A stretch of 64,000 nt of DNA from Candidatus Ozemobacteraceae bacterium (GCA_965140445.1 OZ223236.1:896001-960000); one strand, 5' to 3'. Positions 27,821-38,144 are shown, numbered from the stretch's first letter. A program made the numbers and translations. Notes: generated by a model not told the origin, from the letters alone.

Positions 27821-28384
27821 CTACAGGGAATCATTTTTTCTTAGGGTATTTATGCTTAATACGATAAAGATAGCCAGAAAAACCCAGGAAATTGTAAATG
27901 GTCCCATTCGCTCTAAAATTTCTGGTTTTACGTAGCCAGATAAGTAGATTCGGTGGTAAATAACAGCGTTCAATCCTAAAATAGAAAGAAAAAGAATGCG
28001 CAAAGAATTTATTTCATTAAACAACCATTTTAAAATTGAAACTGCGATGTATAGGCCTACTGCGGTAATGGTCTGAAAGATAAATGACATAATTGCTAAC
28101 CCTAGATGAGGGAAGATGCCTCCCATATCAAACTCCAGACCGTTACCATTTACAATCAGATAGGGTGACATTCCCAGGAAAATGTAAGGACTGTGCAAGG
28201 TTAGTAGAATTGCAAGAAATGTATAGGAAAATAATCCAAAGCCCCAGTTTCTGGTTTTTTTCTTTTTCCCCAGAGCCTTTTTTATGGACATTTTTTGTTC
28301 TTCAGTAAGAGGAACTTCTGTTTTTTCTTCGACCTGCTCTTCATAAAGAGTCATTTGGTTCATTTCCTTTTCTATTGTGATCAA
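27821..28384 (-). CDS. Hypothetical membrane protein
   Basis: 187-aa ORF with about four TM segments, co-oriented with neighbours. Confidence 0.6.
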   Translation of the reverse strand: MITIEKEMNQMTLYEEQVEEKTEVPLTEEQKMSIKKALGKKKKTRNWGFGLFSYTFLAILLTLHSPYIFLGMSPYLIVNGNGLEFDMGGIFPHLGLAIMSFIFQTITAVGLYIAVSILKWLFNEINSLRILFLSILGLNAVIYHRIYLSGYVKPEILERMGPFTISWVFLAIFIVLSINTLRKNDSL

Positions 28385-28403
28385 ATGGGTTGAATATTAA
28401 AAA

Positions 28404-28913
28404 TTATGATGATTCGCCAAGATTTTCCTCAAGAGTTTTTCTAAGCTTCTCAAGCGGGAAACCTTCTTTTTCAATGTGGCAAGGAATTATGTAATAAAGG
28501 CGTGGGGCAAGATATGCTATTAGAAGCTGCTCAGATTCCTTCCAATAAATTAAAGAATCCCATTTTACAAGGGCTTGAGCGTTTTCTGTTTTGAAAAATA
28601 ACCCATTTTCCTGAAAAGTTAAACTCACGGGTTCTTGAATAGCTTTATAGCTTCTATATTGGGATCTGGCGATGAATGGAACCAGAAAAAGTCTTAATGG
28701 TATTAGAGCTATAAGACCTCCTACAAAACCGCCTTGCGCTATGCCTCGGAGAGATATGTCATTGGTGTAAAAGCTGGCAAGCCCCAGAAGAGTAAAAACA
28801 ACTATAAAAAAAAGTTTCATTTTAGAAGAAAGTCGTGCATGTAGCTTGGAGGCAGCAACATATTCTATTTGAGAAATTTGAAATTCAACGCTTTTAGCTT
28901 CATTTGTCTGCAA
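28404..28913 (-). CDS. YcxB-like membrane protein
   Basis: Two TM helices, then ENGL...W..L..WKES...YYIIP. Confidence 0.75.
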   Translation of the reverse strand: MQTNEAKSVEFQISQIEYVAASKLHARLSSKMKLFFIVVFTLLGLASFYTNDISLRGIAQGGFVGGLIALIPLRLFLVPFIARSQYRSYKAIQEPVSLTFQENGLFFKTENAQALVKWDSLIYWKESEQLLIAYLAPRLYYIIPCHIEKEGFPLEKLRKTLEENLGESS

Positions 28914-29252
28914 ATCAATTCTCCAGAAGAGTTAATGAATAATGTTGTGCTATTTTTTACAATTATACAGGATTCAAAAATGACTCTGGAAAACTTTTTT
29001 AGTTATTTTTGTCTAAAAAAATCGTATTTTCCGCTGAAGAGAAAAGTTAGGGTTACAAAATTACTTTTTTTGGTTAATATAGATGGCATAATGGTTTTAG
29101 GTAACAACTTCATTAAATGGTTAAGTAGAATACAAGTTTCTAAAGGGCTTTGGGTTCTGCTTCTGCAATAGGAATTCCATTTCCCGGAGTTGAAATAGTC
29201 ATGGAAATTGATACATTCTAAATGAATAGCAGTTTTTGAAGAAGGCAAGTAG

Positions 29253-29513
29253 TTGAAGAAAAAATACGAAAAACCTAAATTAAGCAGTTTGAATATCCCA
29301 ATTGTTAAAGCTCAGGGCTTTGAGGTTTTGGGAGTTTGCTCTAATGGCAATCTTGTGGGAGATGGCTCAGGAACTTGCATCGCAGGAGAGTTGCCTAATT
29401 CTTATTTGGGAAACTGTAGTCCTGGTAGTGGTGATGCGGTAGCTGGCTCAAATTGCATTGGTGGAGGATTCGCCGGAACTGGTTGTTCTAGCGGAACTAG
29501 TGGCGCTGAATAG
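29253..29513 (+). CDS. Putative RiPP precursor peptide (YxxPxL leader, five CxxG repeats)
   Basis: MKKKYEKPKL leader; Gly/Ser-rich core with CSNG, CIAG, CSPG, CIGG, CSSG; TTG start. Confidence 0.65.
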   Translation: MKKKYEKPKLSSLNIPIVKAQGFEVLGVCSNGNLVGDGSGTCIAGELPNSYLGNCSPGSGDAVAGSNCIGGGFAGTGCSSGTSGAE

Positions 29514-30414
29514 ACTAGATGAAAAAGCTTATAAGAAAGCAATTCAAAAAGAAAAGAATTATAGTTTTGTAATTGCTGGTTGGAATATAGCTGTAAATAA
29601 TTTTGGACCGGGCTTTCTTTTTGATAGGCAACTTACAACAAATTTTAAAGCGAAAGAAAGTTTTTCTAATCCAGATTGTTACTTATCTTTTTTTCAAACA
29701 AGTAAAAGTTTGCCAAATTTTGTTTGTTCTCCAATGGCTTTTGAAAAAAAAACTCAATTAATGAAATCTGCAGTGGTTGATTCGTTTGATGTTTCTAATG
29801 AATTAGACAATGATTGTTTCATTTCATATTCACTAAGTGCCCATGCTTTTTCGGCTAAAAACTCGGAGCTAAGAGTATTTTCCTATAAAACCGGAAACCC
29901 CTATCTTAAACTGTCAGTTCCCTTTATGGCCTTATTAGCTAATTATTCAGCATTGAATGATGGACTTTTGCTACATGGGGCAGGGGGGGAATTTAACGGC
30001 AAAGCTTTTGCAATTCTTGGTGTTCCAGATGCAGGAAAAAGCACTGCCATACAGTTAATTGAGCCGCAAAAATTGTTTTCAGATGATGTTCTCATTATGA
30101 GGGTTCAAGAGGGAAAAGCTATTTTGCATTCAACTCCTCTGGGAACCTTTTCAGATGGGGCCGGTTCAGCGCCATTAAAAGCGGTCTTTTATCCTGTGAA
30201 AAGCGATCATTTTGAGTTAAAAGAGCTTTCAAAGTTTGAAGCAATTCAGCGATTTTATCCAGCTCAGTCTGGATATTGGGACAAAGTTTTTAAACCAATT
30301 AGAAATGCTCAGTTTGAAAAAGTGTCCAGGCTATTTTCTTCTGTCAGAGCTTTTAAATTGCACTTTCAGAAAGACCGGATTGATGCTGAGCAGATAAAAG
30401 CCTGTTTGGACTGA
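29458..30414 (+). CDS. HPr-kinase-related P-loop protein (GTG at 29500 is the likely start)
   Basis: LLLHGAG...GVPDAGKST...FSDD...HSTP...PLKAV. Confidence 0.75.
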   Translation: MVEDSPELVVLAELVALNRLDEKAYKKAIQKEKNYSFVIAGWNIAVNNFGPGFLFDRQLTTNFKAKESFSNPDCYLSFFQTSKSLPNFVCSPMAFEKKTQLMKSAVVDSFDVSNELDNDCFISYSLSAHAFSAKNSELRVFSYKTGNPYLKLSVPFMALLANYSALNDGLLLHGAGGEFNGKAFAILGVPDAGKSTAIQLIEPQKLFSDDVLIMRVQEGKAILHSTPLGTFSDGAGSAPLKAVFYPVKSDHFELKELSKFEAIQRFYPAQSGYWDKVFKPIRNAQFEKVSRLFSSVRAFKLHFQKDRIDAEQIKACLD

Positions 30415-30429
30415 TTTCGTTTTTACTGC

Positions 30430-33400
30430 TTACTGGCGAACTACGCGGATTCCGTAGAAGTCATATTTCATTCCAGGATAAAAATACCTGCGGAAACCAA
30501 TGTCAGAAGTAGTTAGTTTGTTAATCCAGCTTCCCCCGCGAACAACTTTATATGTTCCTGTGGTAGCGCCAACTGGGTCAGTTTCATCTCCAGATGAATA
30601 AGGGGCATACCAATCCCAGCACCACTCAGCAACGTTTCCGCTCATGTCATACAGACCAATTTCGTTGGGGAGTTTGGTTCCAACGGGGTGGGTTCCATAA
30701 TCCGCGTCGCTCGGTAATAAACCATCTACTGCATTTTCAAAATACCATGCGTAGTCTTTCAGTTCGTTGCTGCCATCGCTTCCAGCAAATAGCTTGCTTG
30801 TGCTGTCTGATGCTCCCATACAGGCCCATTGCCACTCAGCTTCAGTGGGCAGACGATAGCCGTTTTTGCCTGTTCTGGTTACGGTTGCATTCGTTATTGG
30901 GTAGCCTGTTGCTGGAGTTCTCCCGGTAATAATGTATGCAGGCTCTAACCCTTCTGCGATGCTTAATTTATTACAAAACTCAATTGCATCATACCAGGTA
31001 ACTTTTTCCACTGGTCTATTTGTATTTGTAGTGGCAACATTTGGAGCAACATTCCAACTCGGGTTTGGTGCACCGGTTATTGCCATGTATTGAGCCTGAG
31101 TAACTTCATATTGGCTCATTCGGAAAGAGGAAATAAAGCTTGTTTTGGTTGGATCGCCGTCTTTTTTAAAGGTGCCGCCAGTAACAACCTTTACAGGCCC
31201 AATGTTAGGTGAAACATAGTCTACAGGATTAGAGTCAATTACTGCAGTAACTTCAAAATTCTTACTGGTAGAATCTTCAGCTGTTACAAGATAATTTACA
31301 GGTGTGGTAAAGTTTTGAGGAATAGCAGGGTCTGGCGTAATTGTTGCGGCATCAATTTCAAAGTCCAGAGCTAAAGAAGTCAGGTCTGTTCCTTTTGGCA
31401 TTACAGCATTAACTGTTCCTGCAGAGTTGTCAATGGTTAGTGATACTGGAGGAAGAAAGCTTGAAAAAGTTACTCCGGTAATTTCTTTGGTAGGATTTAG
31501 AGCAATAGTGGTTGTGACAGTGTAAATCTTAGTTGTTCCATTCTCTGCGGTCACAGTGTAGGTAACAGGTCCACTAAAGTCTTGCGCGACACCTGAAGCT
31601 GGTGAGATAGACGCACCAGTGTGAGAGATCGTTGGCGTTAGTGGATTTATGCTGCTTGTTCCGTAAGGGGCAGTTAAAGATATTGTGCCAGCAGTTTCGT
31701 TGATAACACCTGAAATCGCCAGACTACCTATAGTAAAGCTTGTGATTGCTTTCGCAGGGTTTAGTAATGTGGTAACTGTTACAACATAGTTTTGAGTTGA
31801 ACCATCAGCAGCTGTTACCGTATATGTTACTGGACTTGAAAAATTGTTGTTAATGCTTGATGCAGGAGAAACGCTTGCACCTGTATGGACTATTGTTGGA
31901 GCAATGCTGGTTATGTTTGTGCCATAGGGAACAGTAAGAGAAATGGTTTTAGCACTTTCGTTTATTGTTCCAGTAACTACAGGAGATAGGCTATTGAAAT
32001 TAAATGCAGTAATTTGTTTTTCAGGACTGGCCTGAACAGTTACTGTGACAGTGTAATTTTGAGTAGAGGCATCAGCAGCTGTTACCGTATATATTACTGG
32101 ACTTGAAAAATTACTGTTAATGCCTGATGCAGGAGAAACGCTTGCGCCTGTATGGACTATTGTTGGAGCAATGCTGGTTATGTTTGTGCCATAGGGAACA
32201 GTAAGAGAAATCGTTTTGGCACTTTCGTTTATTGTTCCGATTACGGCAGGGGATAAGCTGTTAAAATTAAATGTTGTGATTGCTTTCGCAGGGTTTAGTA
32301 AGGAAGTTACTGTTACCAGATAGTTTTGAGTTGAACCATCTTCGGCTGTAACTGTGTAAGTAACCGGATTGGAGAAATTCTGACTCACGCCTGAAGCCGG
32401 GGAAACGCTTGCCCCGTCATGGGTTATTGTTGGAGCTATGCTGGTCACATTTGTTCCATACGGCACCGTCAGAGCGATGGTTTTTGTAGTTTCATTCACG
32501 GTTCCTATTACTGCAGGTGACAATGAGTTAAAGTTGAATGCGCTTATGGCTTTTGTTGTGTTTGGAGCCGCTGTAACCGTTACTGTATAAGCCTGTACTG
32601 TTCCGTTTTCTGCGGTAACAGTATAGTTAACCGGGCTGGAAAAGTTTGCTCCAACTCCAGAGGCTGGTGATATGCTTGCTCCGGTATGGGTGACGATTGG
32701 AACGAGGTTTGAAAGGTTTGTTCCATTTGGAACAATTACGTTAATTGTTTTCAATGTTTCATTGATAACTCCGTTAACTGCCGGAGACAAACCATTAAAA
32801 GAGAATGAAGTAATTGCTTTTTCAGGACTAGCCTCGATTGTAACAATGACAGTATATGCTTGAGTCGAACCATTAGCGGCTGTTACAGTGTAGCTGACCT
32901 GATTTGAAAAATCTCTGGCGACTCCAGAAGCTGGAGAAATGCTTGCTCCAGTGTGAGTAATTGTTGGGGCAAGATTTGTCACATTTGTTCCGTATGGGAC
33001 GGTGATAGCTATTAATTTTGCATTGTCGTCGATAATTCCAGTTGAAGCAGGGCTTAGCGAGTCGAAAGAGAATGAAGTTATTTCTTTTGCTAGATTTGGT
33101 TCTACTGTAACTGTAACAGTAAAATTCCTTGTGCCACCTCTAGAATCTCTTACGGTATACGTGACGGGATTTGTGAAATTCTGAGCTACTCCTGTAGCAG
33201 GTGTTATGCTAACACCTGTGTGAGTAATTGTTGGAACAAGATTCGTAACATTGGTGCCGTAAGGAACAGATAATGAGACTGTTCGGTAACCTACATTCAC
33301 CACTCCATAAACAGGGGGGGTAAGGCCCATAAAGTCAAATGTTGAGATATCTTTATCTCTTCTGGAAGCTATTTCCACAATTGCGGAATAATTTTGAGTA

Positions 33401-35847
33401 GATCCGTCAGCCGCCGTAATCGTGTATGTGACTGGGTTGGTGAAATTCTGAGCAATTCCGGAGGCTGGAGATAAATTAGTTCCATTGTGCGTAATGGTTG
33501 GAACAAGTGAGGTTACAACAGTGCCGTAAGGAACGCTTACTGTTACAGTTTTTGCTGTGGTGTCGATTTCACCGATTAAAGGCGGAGAGAATGAGCTTAA
33601 CTCGAAGCTTGTAATATTACAATTGGGGTTTGCCCCAATTGAAACGGTAACCACATATCTTCTGGTTCTTCCCCTGGAATCAGCTACTTTATAGGTGACT
33701 GGGTTTGTAAAATTTTGTGCTACACCGGAGTTCGGTGAAACACTGATGCCAGAATGAACTATTGTGGGAACAATAGCTGTTACATCTGTTCCGTATGGAA
33801 CTGTTATTGCAACTGTTCTTGTTGTTTCATCAACTATTCCTGTTTGAACAGGAGCTAAATCATCAAAGGCAAAGGATAACATCCTTTTATCACGTTTTCC
33901 TGACACTGTAGCTGAGACTATGTAATCTTGAGTTTCCCCGTTAGACGAGGTTACCGTGTAGGTTACTGGACTGGAAAAGTTTCTGGCTACTCCAGAGCCA
34001 GGAGAAATACTTGCTCCAGTGTGAACTATAGTTGGAGTAAGTGAATAAATGTTGCTCCCGTAGGGCAAAACCAACGAAATTGTTTTTGCTGCCTCATCAA
34101 TCTGTCCGTTAACAGGTGTACTTAAACCGTTAATAACAAAGGAAGTAATTGCTTTTGAAGGGCTGGATGAAACTGCAACCGTTACTGTATAAACCTGTGT
34201 GGAGCCATCCAGGGCCGTAACGGTGTAACTAACTGGACTCGAATAGTTTGTTGTTACCCCTGTGTTGGGAGAAACACTGACTCCGGTGAAAGTTATTGTT
34301 GGAGTTAAAGCTGAAATGTCTGTGCCATATGGGACAATTAGAATAATTTTTTTGGCCGTTTCATCTATTAGACCTGTGACTACCGGTGAAAGACCTGCAA
34401 AAATAAAATCAGTAATTGACTTGTCTGTACTGGAAGAACTTTGCACCGTGGTTGCATAGTCATAGATTCCACCTTCGTAATATGAAGATGTAACAAATCC
34501 AGTATAAGTCTTAAGCTCTTCCTGTGAACCACTTGTTGAAAATTGCCAGCTGGTAATTTTTCCCGATGGATTGCCTGTTAAATCGCGAATGTTTTTTGAA
34601 GCGGAAATCGTAATTTGTGAAGCCGGCGGCAAATCTTTTTCAGGTGACCATACTATGGTTTTGTTGTCAGGTTGTAGATCAACCTGCCCATTAATAAGTT
34701 TTCCATCCGCAGTAAGTTGGATAGAGTCATTCTTGACAGAGCTTCTAAGAAGCTCTTCATTGAAAACCACTTCAATATTTGAGTCCACTTCTACTGAGGT
34801 AGAGTTGGGTGAAGGGACCATTGAAGTAACAACAGGTCCTGTTGAATCAATCTGATCTATTGAATCTACATCGACAAGTATTCTTAGATGGATTTTAGAA
34901 GTTGCATTGTCTGGGTCTTTGAACTCAACTGTTACAGAAGCAACGCCGGGATTTTTCATTGCAGTCCAGGTAGCTTCCTTTGCGTCAGATTCTAAGCTCA
35001 AATTACCGTTAGAGGTAGACCATGTTTTACTGATTCTGTTTGAGTCAGTATTGTCTGGATCAAATTCTGAAAGTGAAATATAAAGCTGCTCATTGGCTCT
35101 ACATTTTATTGTTTTTTCGCCGGCATTATTTACTGCATAAATAGTGCCTGAAGGTGCGCTGTTGTCATCGGTTGGGCTTTTTATTGTGTATTCTGCAAAA
35201 GCAGGCGTAGTGTCAGAAATAAATGGACCAAAAAACTCTGCCTGCTTGTAGGAACCAGGAATATTCACCTTAATTTTTGCTTCAGTTACTGAATCTGGAA
35301 GTGGGGGAGACACAAAAGAGCCGTCCAGCCCAACTTGAAAATTTTCTCCCCATAGTGACAAAGAGCTACCTGAAGGCAGGAAGTTGCCCCTTGAATCTCT
35401 AATTACACCAGCCAAGACCTTCGAAGCAGGCTCAAGTGCAATGTCGGGTATTTTGACAGGCTCTGAAACTTTTTTCAAACTAACCTGGGATGATCGAGAT
35501 TTAAACAATTGAGAACCGATTCTCTTTTTTGCGACAACTATATGGTTCCCCATGGGAATGTCTTGAAATACAAAACTTCCAGACGCATCGGTATATTGAT
35601 GAGCAATTCCAGGGAGGTCTTCCAGCCAAACCTCTGCACCATTTTGAATTTGGAGTGGTTGTCCTGTTCTAACATTTGCAGGTAAGCCAGATAGGGTAAC
35701 TTTACCATGAATTGAGCCCATGATGTTGCCAGAAGTTGGTTCATCTGTGCTATAACCGCTTCCAATGCGACAGCCCACCGAAACTAATGCCCATATGATT
35801 AGCAAAGTGATTGTCGATTTATATATCATCGAGAACAGTTTTTTCAC
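30430..35847 (-). CDS. Large surface lipoprotein: carboxypeptidase-regulatory/Ig-like N-terminus, Big_5-like domain, 12 DUF5018-like repeats, C-terminal FGE-sulfatase (C-type lectin fold) domain
   Basis: Lipobox VSVGC; repeats K.IT.F......G.I....I...VPYGT....L.PTI.H.GASISP.SG...NF..PVTYTVTA.DG....Y.V; tip YEVTQ, PVE.V.WYDAI.FCN, RLPTEAEW, GLYDMSGNV.EWCWD, RGGSW. Confidence 0.88.
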   Translation of the reverse strand: MKKLFSMIYKSTITLLIIWALVSVGCRIGSGYSTDEPTSGNIMGSIHGKVTLSGLPANVRTGQPLQIQNGAEVWLEDLPGIAHQYTDASGSFVFQDIPMGNHIVVAKKRIGSQLFKSRSSQVSLKKVSEPVKIPDIALEPASKVLAGVIRDSRGNFLPSGSSLSLWGENFQVGLDGSFVSPPLPDSVTEAKIKVNIPGSYKQAEFFGPFISDTTPAFAEYTIKSPTDDNSAPSGTIYAVNNAGEKTIKCRANEQLYISLSEFDPDNTDSNRISKTWSTSNGNLSLESDAKEATWTAMKNPGVASVTVEFKDPDNATSKIHLRILVDVDSIDQIDSTGPVVTSMVPSPNSTSVEVDSNIEVVFNEELLRSSVKNDSIQLTADGKLINGQVDLQPDNKTIVWSPEKDLPPASQITISASKNIRDLTGNPSGKITSWQFSTSGSQEELKTYTGFVTSSYYEGGIYDYATTVQSSSSTDKSITDFIFAGLSPVVTGLIDETAKKIILIVPYGTDISALTPTITFTGVSVSPNTGVTTNYSSPVSYTVTALDGSTQVYTVTVAVSSSPSKAITSFVINGLSTPVNGQIDEAAKTISLVLPYGSNIYSLTPTIVHTGASISPGSGVARNFSSPVTYTVTSSNGETQDYIVSATVSGKRDKRMLSFAFDDLAPVQTGIVDETTRTVAITVPYGTDVTAIVPTIVHSGISVSPNSGVAQNFTNPVTYKVADSRGRTRRYVVTVSIGANPNCNITSFELSSFSPPLIGEIDTTAKTVTVSVPYGTVVTSLVPTITHNGTNLSPASGIAQNFTNPVTYTITAADGSTQNYSAIVEIASRRDKDISTFDFMGLTPPVYGVVNVGYRTVSLSVPYGTNVTNLVPTITHTGVSITPATGVAQNFTNPVTYTVRDSRGGTRNFTVTVTVEPNLAKEITSFSFDSLSPASTGIIDDNAKLIAITVPYGTNVTNLAPTITHTGASISPASGVARDFSNQVSYTVTAANGSTQAYTVIVTIEASPEKAITSFSFNGLSPAVNGVINETLKTINVIVPNGTNLSNLVPIVTHTGASISPASGVGANFSSPVNYTVTAENGTVQAYTVTVTAAPNTTKAISAFNFNSLSPAVIGTVNETTKTIALTVPYGTNVTSIAPTITHDGASVSPASGVSQNFSNPVTYTVTAEDGSTQNYLVTVTSLLNPAKAITTFNFNSLSPAVIGTINESAKTISLTVPYGTNITSIAPTIVHTGASVSPASGINSNFSSPVIYTVTAADASTQNYTVTVTVQASPEKQITAFNFNSLSPVVTGTINESAKTISLTVPYGTNITSIAPTIVHTGASVSPASSINNNFSSPVTYTVTAADGSTQNYVVTVTTLLNPAKAITSFTIGSLAISGVINETAGTISLTAPYGTSSINPLTPTISHTGASISPASGVAQDFSGPVTYTVTAENGTTKIYTVTTTIALNPTKEITGVTFSSFLPPVSLTIDNSAGTVNAVMPKGTDLTSLALDFEIDAATITPDPAIPQNFTTPVNYLVTAEDSTSKNFEVTAVIDSNPVDYVSPNIGPVKVVTGGTFKKDGDPTKTSFISSFRMSQYEVTQAQYMAITGAPNPSWNVAPNVATTNTNRPVEKVTWYDAIEFCNKLSIAEGLEPAYIITGRTPATGYPITNATVTRTGKNGYRLPTEAEWQWACMGASDSTSKLFAGSDGSNELKDYAWYFENAVDGLLPSDADYGTHPVGTKLPNEIGLYDMSGNVAEWCWDWYAPYSSGDETDPVGATTGTYKVVRGGSWINKLTTSDIGFRRYFYPGMKYDFYGIRVVRQ
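31741..32301. repeat. Near-identical 267-bp intragenic tandem repeat units
   Basis: Long identity between about 31803-31970 and 32070-32237 (offset 267); TGTGATTGCTTTCGCAGGGTTTAGTAA at 31741 and 32275 (offset 534). Confidence 0.85.
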
Positions 35848-35881
35848 ACCACAACATCCCTATTCTTTCTCTATTGTGTAC

Positions 35882-35890
35882 ATTATAACA
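35882..35890 (-). promoter_or_regulatory. Extended -10 element for the large lipoprotein gene
   Basis: Plus strand ATTATAACA reads TGTTATAAT on the minus strand, about 35 nt upstream of the start. Confidence 0.55.
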
Positions 35891-35967
35891 TATTGAGAAA
35901 AACACCGACAAAGTACACCAACTAAAAAAAATGACAAAATCTTACGCTTTGTCAAATGATTATTTTG

Positions 35968-36663
35968 CTAATTTTTCTTTTGTTTCGCCAGTAGTTGGGC
36001 TTCAATGATTGTTTTTGAGGTGGCAGTTTTAAATCCGGCTTTATTAAATCTTTTGATAATTTTTTCCCCATTTAGTTTCAGATAGTCATTATAGGAGGAC
36101 TTAGAATATTCTTTTATTGAAAAAAGTTGTTCTGATTGTTTGTGGAAAATTTGGCCTTCGTCTGATAATGAGAAATTTTCGGTTTCAACTTCTTTCCAGA
36201 CAGGATTTCCACAAGTTAATTGAATCATGACCAGGCCATTTGGGTTTAAGATTCTTTTCAGTTCCTGAATTATATTGGGAACCTGATCAAATACCACAAA
36301 GTTATTTATTATTGTTACCAGATCAAATCTATTTGGAAGGTCGCATGGAAATCTTTGAAAGATAAGGCTAAGATTGTTTAAATCGGACAAATTTCTACTT
36401 TTAATGCTCTCGATGTAAAACTCAGGAAATTGCTCTAATGCTGTAACTTTTGCTCCCTGTTTAGCCATTTCTTCGGCGTGAAAGCAAAAGCCGCTTCCAA
36501 GGTCTAATACTTCTGGGTGAGGATTTGTAACTTTGCTTAGCCAATATCTGGATTCCTGAACGATTTTTTGGGGACTCCAGGGGGAGATATTAAGAAGCTC
36601 TGGATGCTTGATAATAAATTTTACGTAATCTGAGAAAGATAGCTCATGGATTTTTTGCTTCAA
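35968..36663 (-). CDS. Class I SAM-dependent methyltransferase
   Basis: VLDLGSGFC, FDLV, LKRILNPNG. Confidence 0.8.
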   Translation of the reverse strand: MKQKIHELSFSDYVKFIIKHPELLNISPWSPQKIVQESRYWLSKVTNPHPEVLDLGSGFCFHAEEMAKQGAKVTALEQFPEFYIESIKSRNLSDLNNLSLIFQRFPCDLPNRFDLVTIINNFVVFDQVPNIIQELKRILNPNGLVMIQLTCGNPVWKEVETENFSLSDEGQIFHKQSEQLFSIKEYSKSSYNDYLKLNGEKIIKRFNKAGFKTATSKTIIEAQLLAKQKKN

Positions 36664-36773
36664 GTTAAAAACTCCAAAATCGAATTTCTTGACATAAAAA
36701 TTTGTTTGTTTATGTTTAAGTATATTTGTTAAAGTCCAAATATGGCAATATTCTAACTCTCAGGAGAGTCATT

Positions 36774-37286
36774 ATGACAATAGAAACCGGTAAAGTTACT
36801 TTTCAAGGCAATCCACTTACCCTAATCGGTAAAAAAATGATTAAGGTTGGAGATGTTTTTCCAGATTCAGTTTTGTTTGGGAACGATTTATCTCCAAATA
36901 AGATAAAAGACACTAAGGGAGTCAAGGTTGTAACGACTGTTCCTTCTCTTGACACTCCAATTTGCGATTTACAGGTGAAAAGATTCAATCAGGAAGCAGC
37001 TAATCTTGGTTCTGTAAGTATTTTTGCTGTTTCAGCTGACCTCCCGTTTGCTCAAGCAAGATGGTGTGGTGGAGCAGGAATTGAAAAGGTAAAAACCCTT
37101 TCTGATTATCAAACAATGGCGTTGGCAGAAGAAACTGGTTTGCTCGTAAAAGAGCTTAGACTTTTTGCCCGAACAGTAATTGTTCTTGATGCAGACAATA
37201 AGGTTACTTATATGGAGCTGGTTCCAGAAATAGCACAAGAGCCAGATTATGCTAAAGCTATTGAGGCTATTAAAAAGTTAATTTAA
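36774..37286 (+). CDS. tpx: Thiol peroxidase (atypical 2-Cys peroxiredoxin)
   Basis: VPSLDTPIC, SADLPFAQARWCG, EPDY; ATG 36774 after RBS AGGAG. Confidence 0.95.
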   Translation: MTIETGKVTFQGNPLTLIGKKMIKVGDVFPDSVLFGNDLSPNKIKDTKGVKVVTTVPSLDTPICDLQVKRFNQEAANLGSVSIFAVSADLPFAQARWCGGAGIEKVKTLSDYQTMALAEETGLLVKELRLFARTVIVLDADNKVTYMELVPEIAQEPDYAKAIEAIKKLI

Positions 37287-37320
37287 TCTCTAATCCATAG
37301 AGAATTTAAGCTTTGAATTT

Positions 37321-37353
37321 CGGGGCAACTTTGTTTGTGAAGTTGCCCCGTTT
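37321..37353 (+). terminator. Rho-independent terminator
   Basis: CGGGGCAACTT / AAGTTGCCCCG stem followed by TTT. Confidence 0.75.
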
Positions 37354-37373
37354 AACTTTTTGGTATAGATTGG

Positions 37374-38144
37374 TTGAACATTACTAAAGGCGTTCTAATG
37401 ATTTCACCTGTTATAGAATTTAAAAGCGGCTGCAAGACTTTTCGCAAGAAAAATTCGGGCCAGGAAATTCAGGCCTTGTCCAATCTTGATTTTTTTGTTG
37501 AGTCAGGCGAAATTTATGGTTTCCTCGGATTAAATGGTGCAGGCAAAACAACCGCTATTAAATGCGTTCTTGGATTATGTAATTTGGACTCGGGCCTGGT
37601 AAACGTTTTCGGAAAGCCAGCTGTTGAATTGGATTTGACACGTGTTGGATTTGCCCCTGAAATCGCTGAAATCACTCCATATTTATCTGCTATTGAATTT
37701 CTTCAATTTGCCACTCAGTTTTCGGCGAAAAAGGTTGATTCCAGAAAACTGCTGGATATTTTGGCAGAAGTTGGTCTGGGGGCCGATGCCCAGTCGCGAA
37801 TTGGTGACTTTTCCAAAGGCATGAAGCAGCGTCTTTCAATTGCAGCGGCAATTTCTCATGATCCAGATCTTATTATTCTTGATGAACCCACGTCTGGACT
37901 TGACCCTATAGGTCGGTTAATGCTTAAAAAGCTGATCAGGAAACTAAAGTCTGATGGTAAGACGGTATTTTTCAGCACTCATATTCTTTCTGACATCGAT
38001 GAACTTTGTGACAGGGTTGGGATTATCAATCATGGAAACTCAATTTTCGAAGGAAAAACCTCTGAATTAAAGGTCACAGGGAAAACCCTTGAAGAGAGTT
38101 TTGTTGAACTAATCAAAGATTCTGTAGTTGGAGTTAAAGAATGA
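37374..38144 (+). CDS. ABC-2 type transporter ATP-binding protein (ATG at 37398 is the likely start)
   Basis: GLNGAGKTT, FSKGMKQR, ILDEPTSGLDP, STHIL. Confidence 0.93.
   Translation: MNITKGVLMISPVIEFKSGCKTFRKKNSGQEIQALSNLDFFVESGEIYGFLGLNGAGKTTAIKCVLGLCNLDSGLVNVFGKPAVELDLTRVGFAPEIAEITPYLSAIEFLQFATQFSAKKVDSRKLLDILAEVGLGADAQSRIGDFSKGMKQRLSIAAAISHDPDLIILDEPTSGLDPIGRLMLKKLIRKLKSDGKTVFFSTHILSDIDELCDRVGIINHGNSIFEGKTSELKVTGKTLEESFVELIKDSVVGVKE

Noticed and set aside
28869..29248. ORFs 28869..29171(+) and 29003..29248(-) as a missing PqqD/RRE gene
   Set aside because: AT-rich divergent promoter region; the translations show no PqqD-like pattern
30430..30550. Complete diversity-generating retroelement
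   Set aside because: The target-like fold is present, but I see no template repeat, reverse transcriptase or Avd gene in the window
31250..34430. CRISPR array or non-coding repeat
   Set aside because: The repeats are in-frame 267-bp protein domain repeats with no repeat-spacer structure
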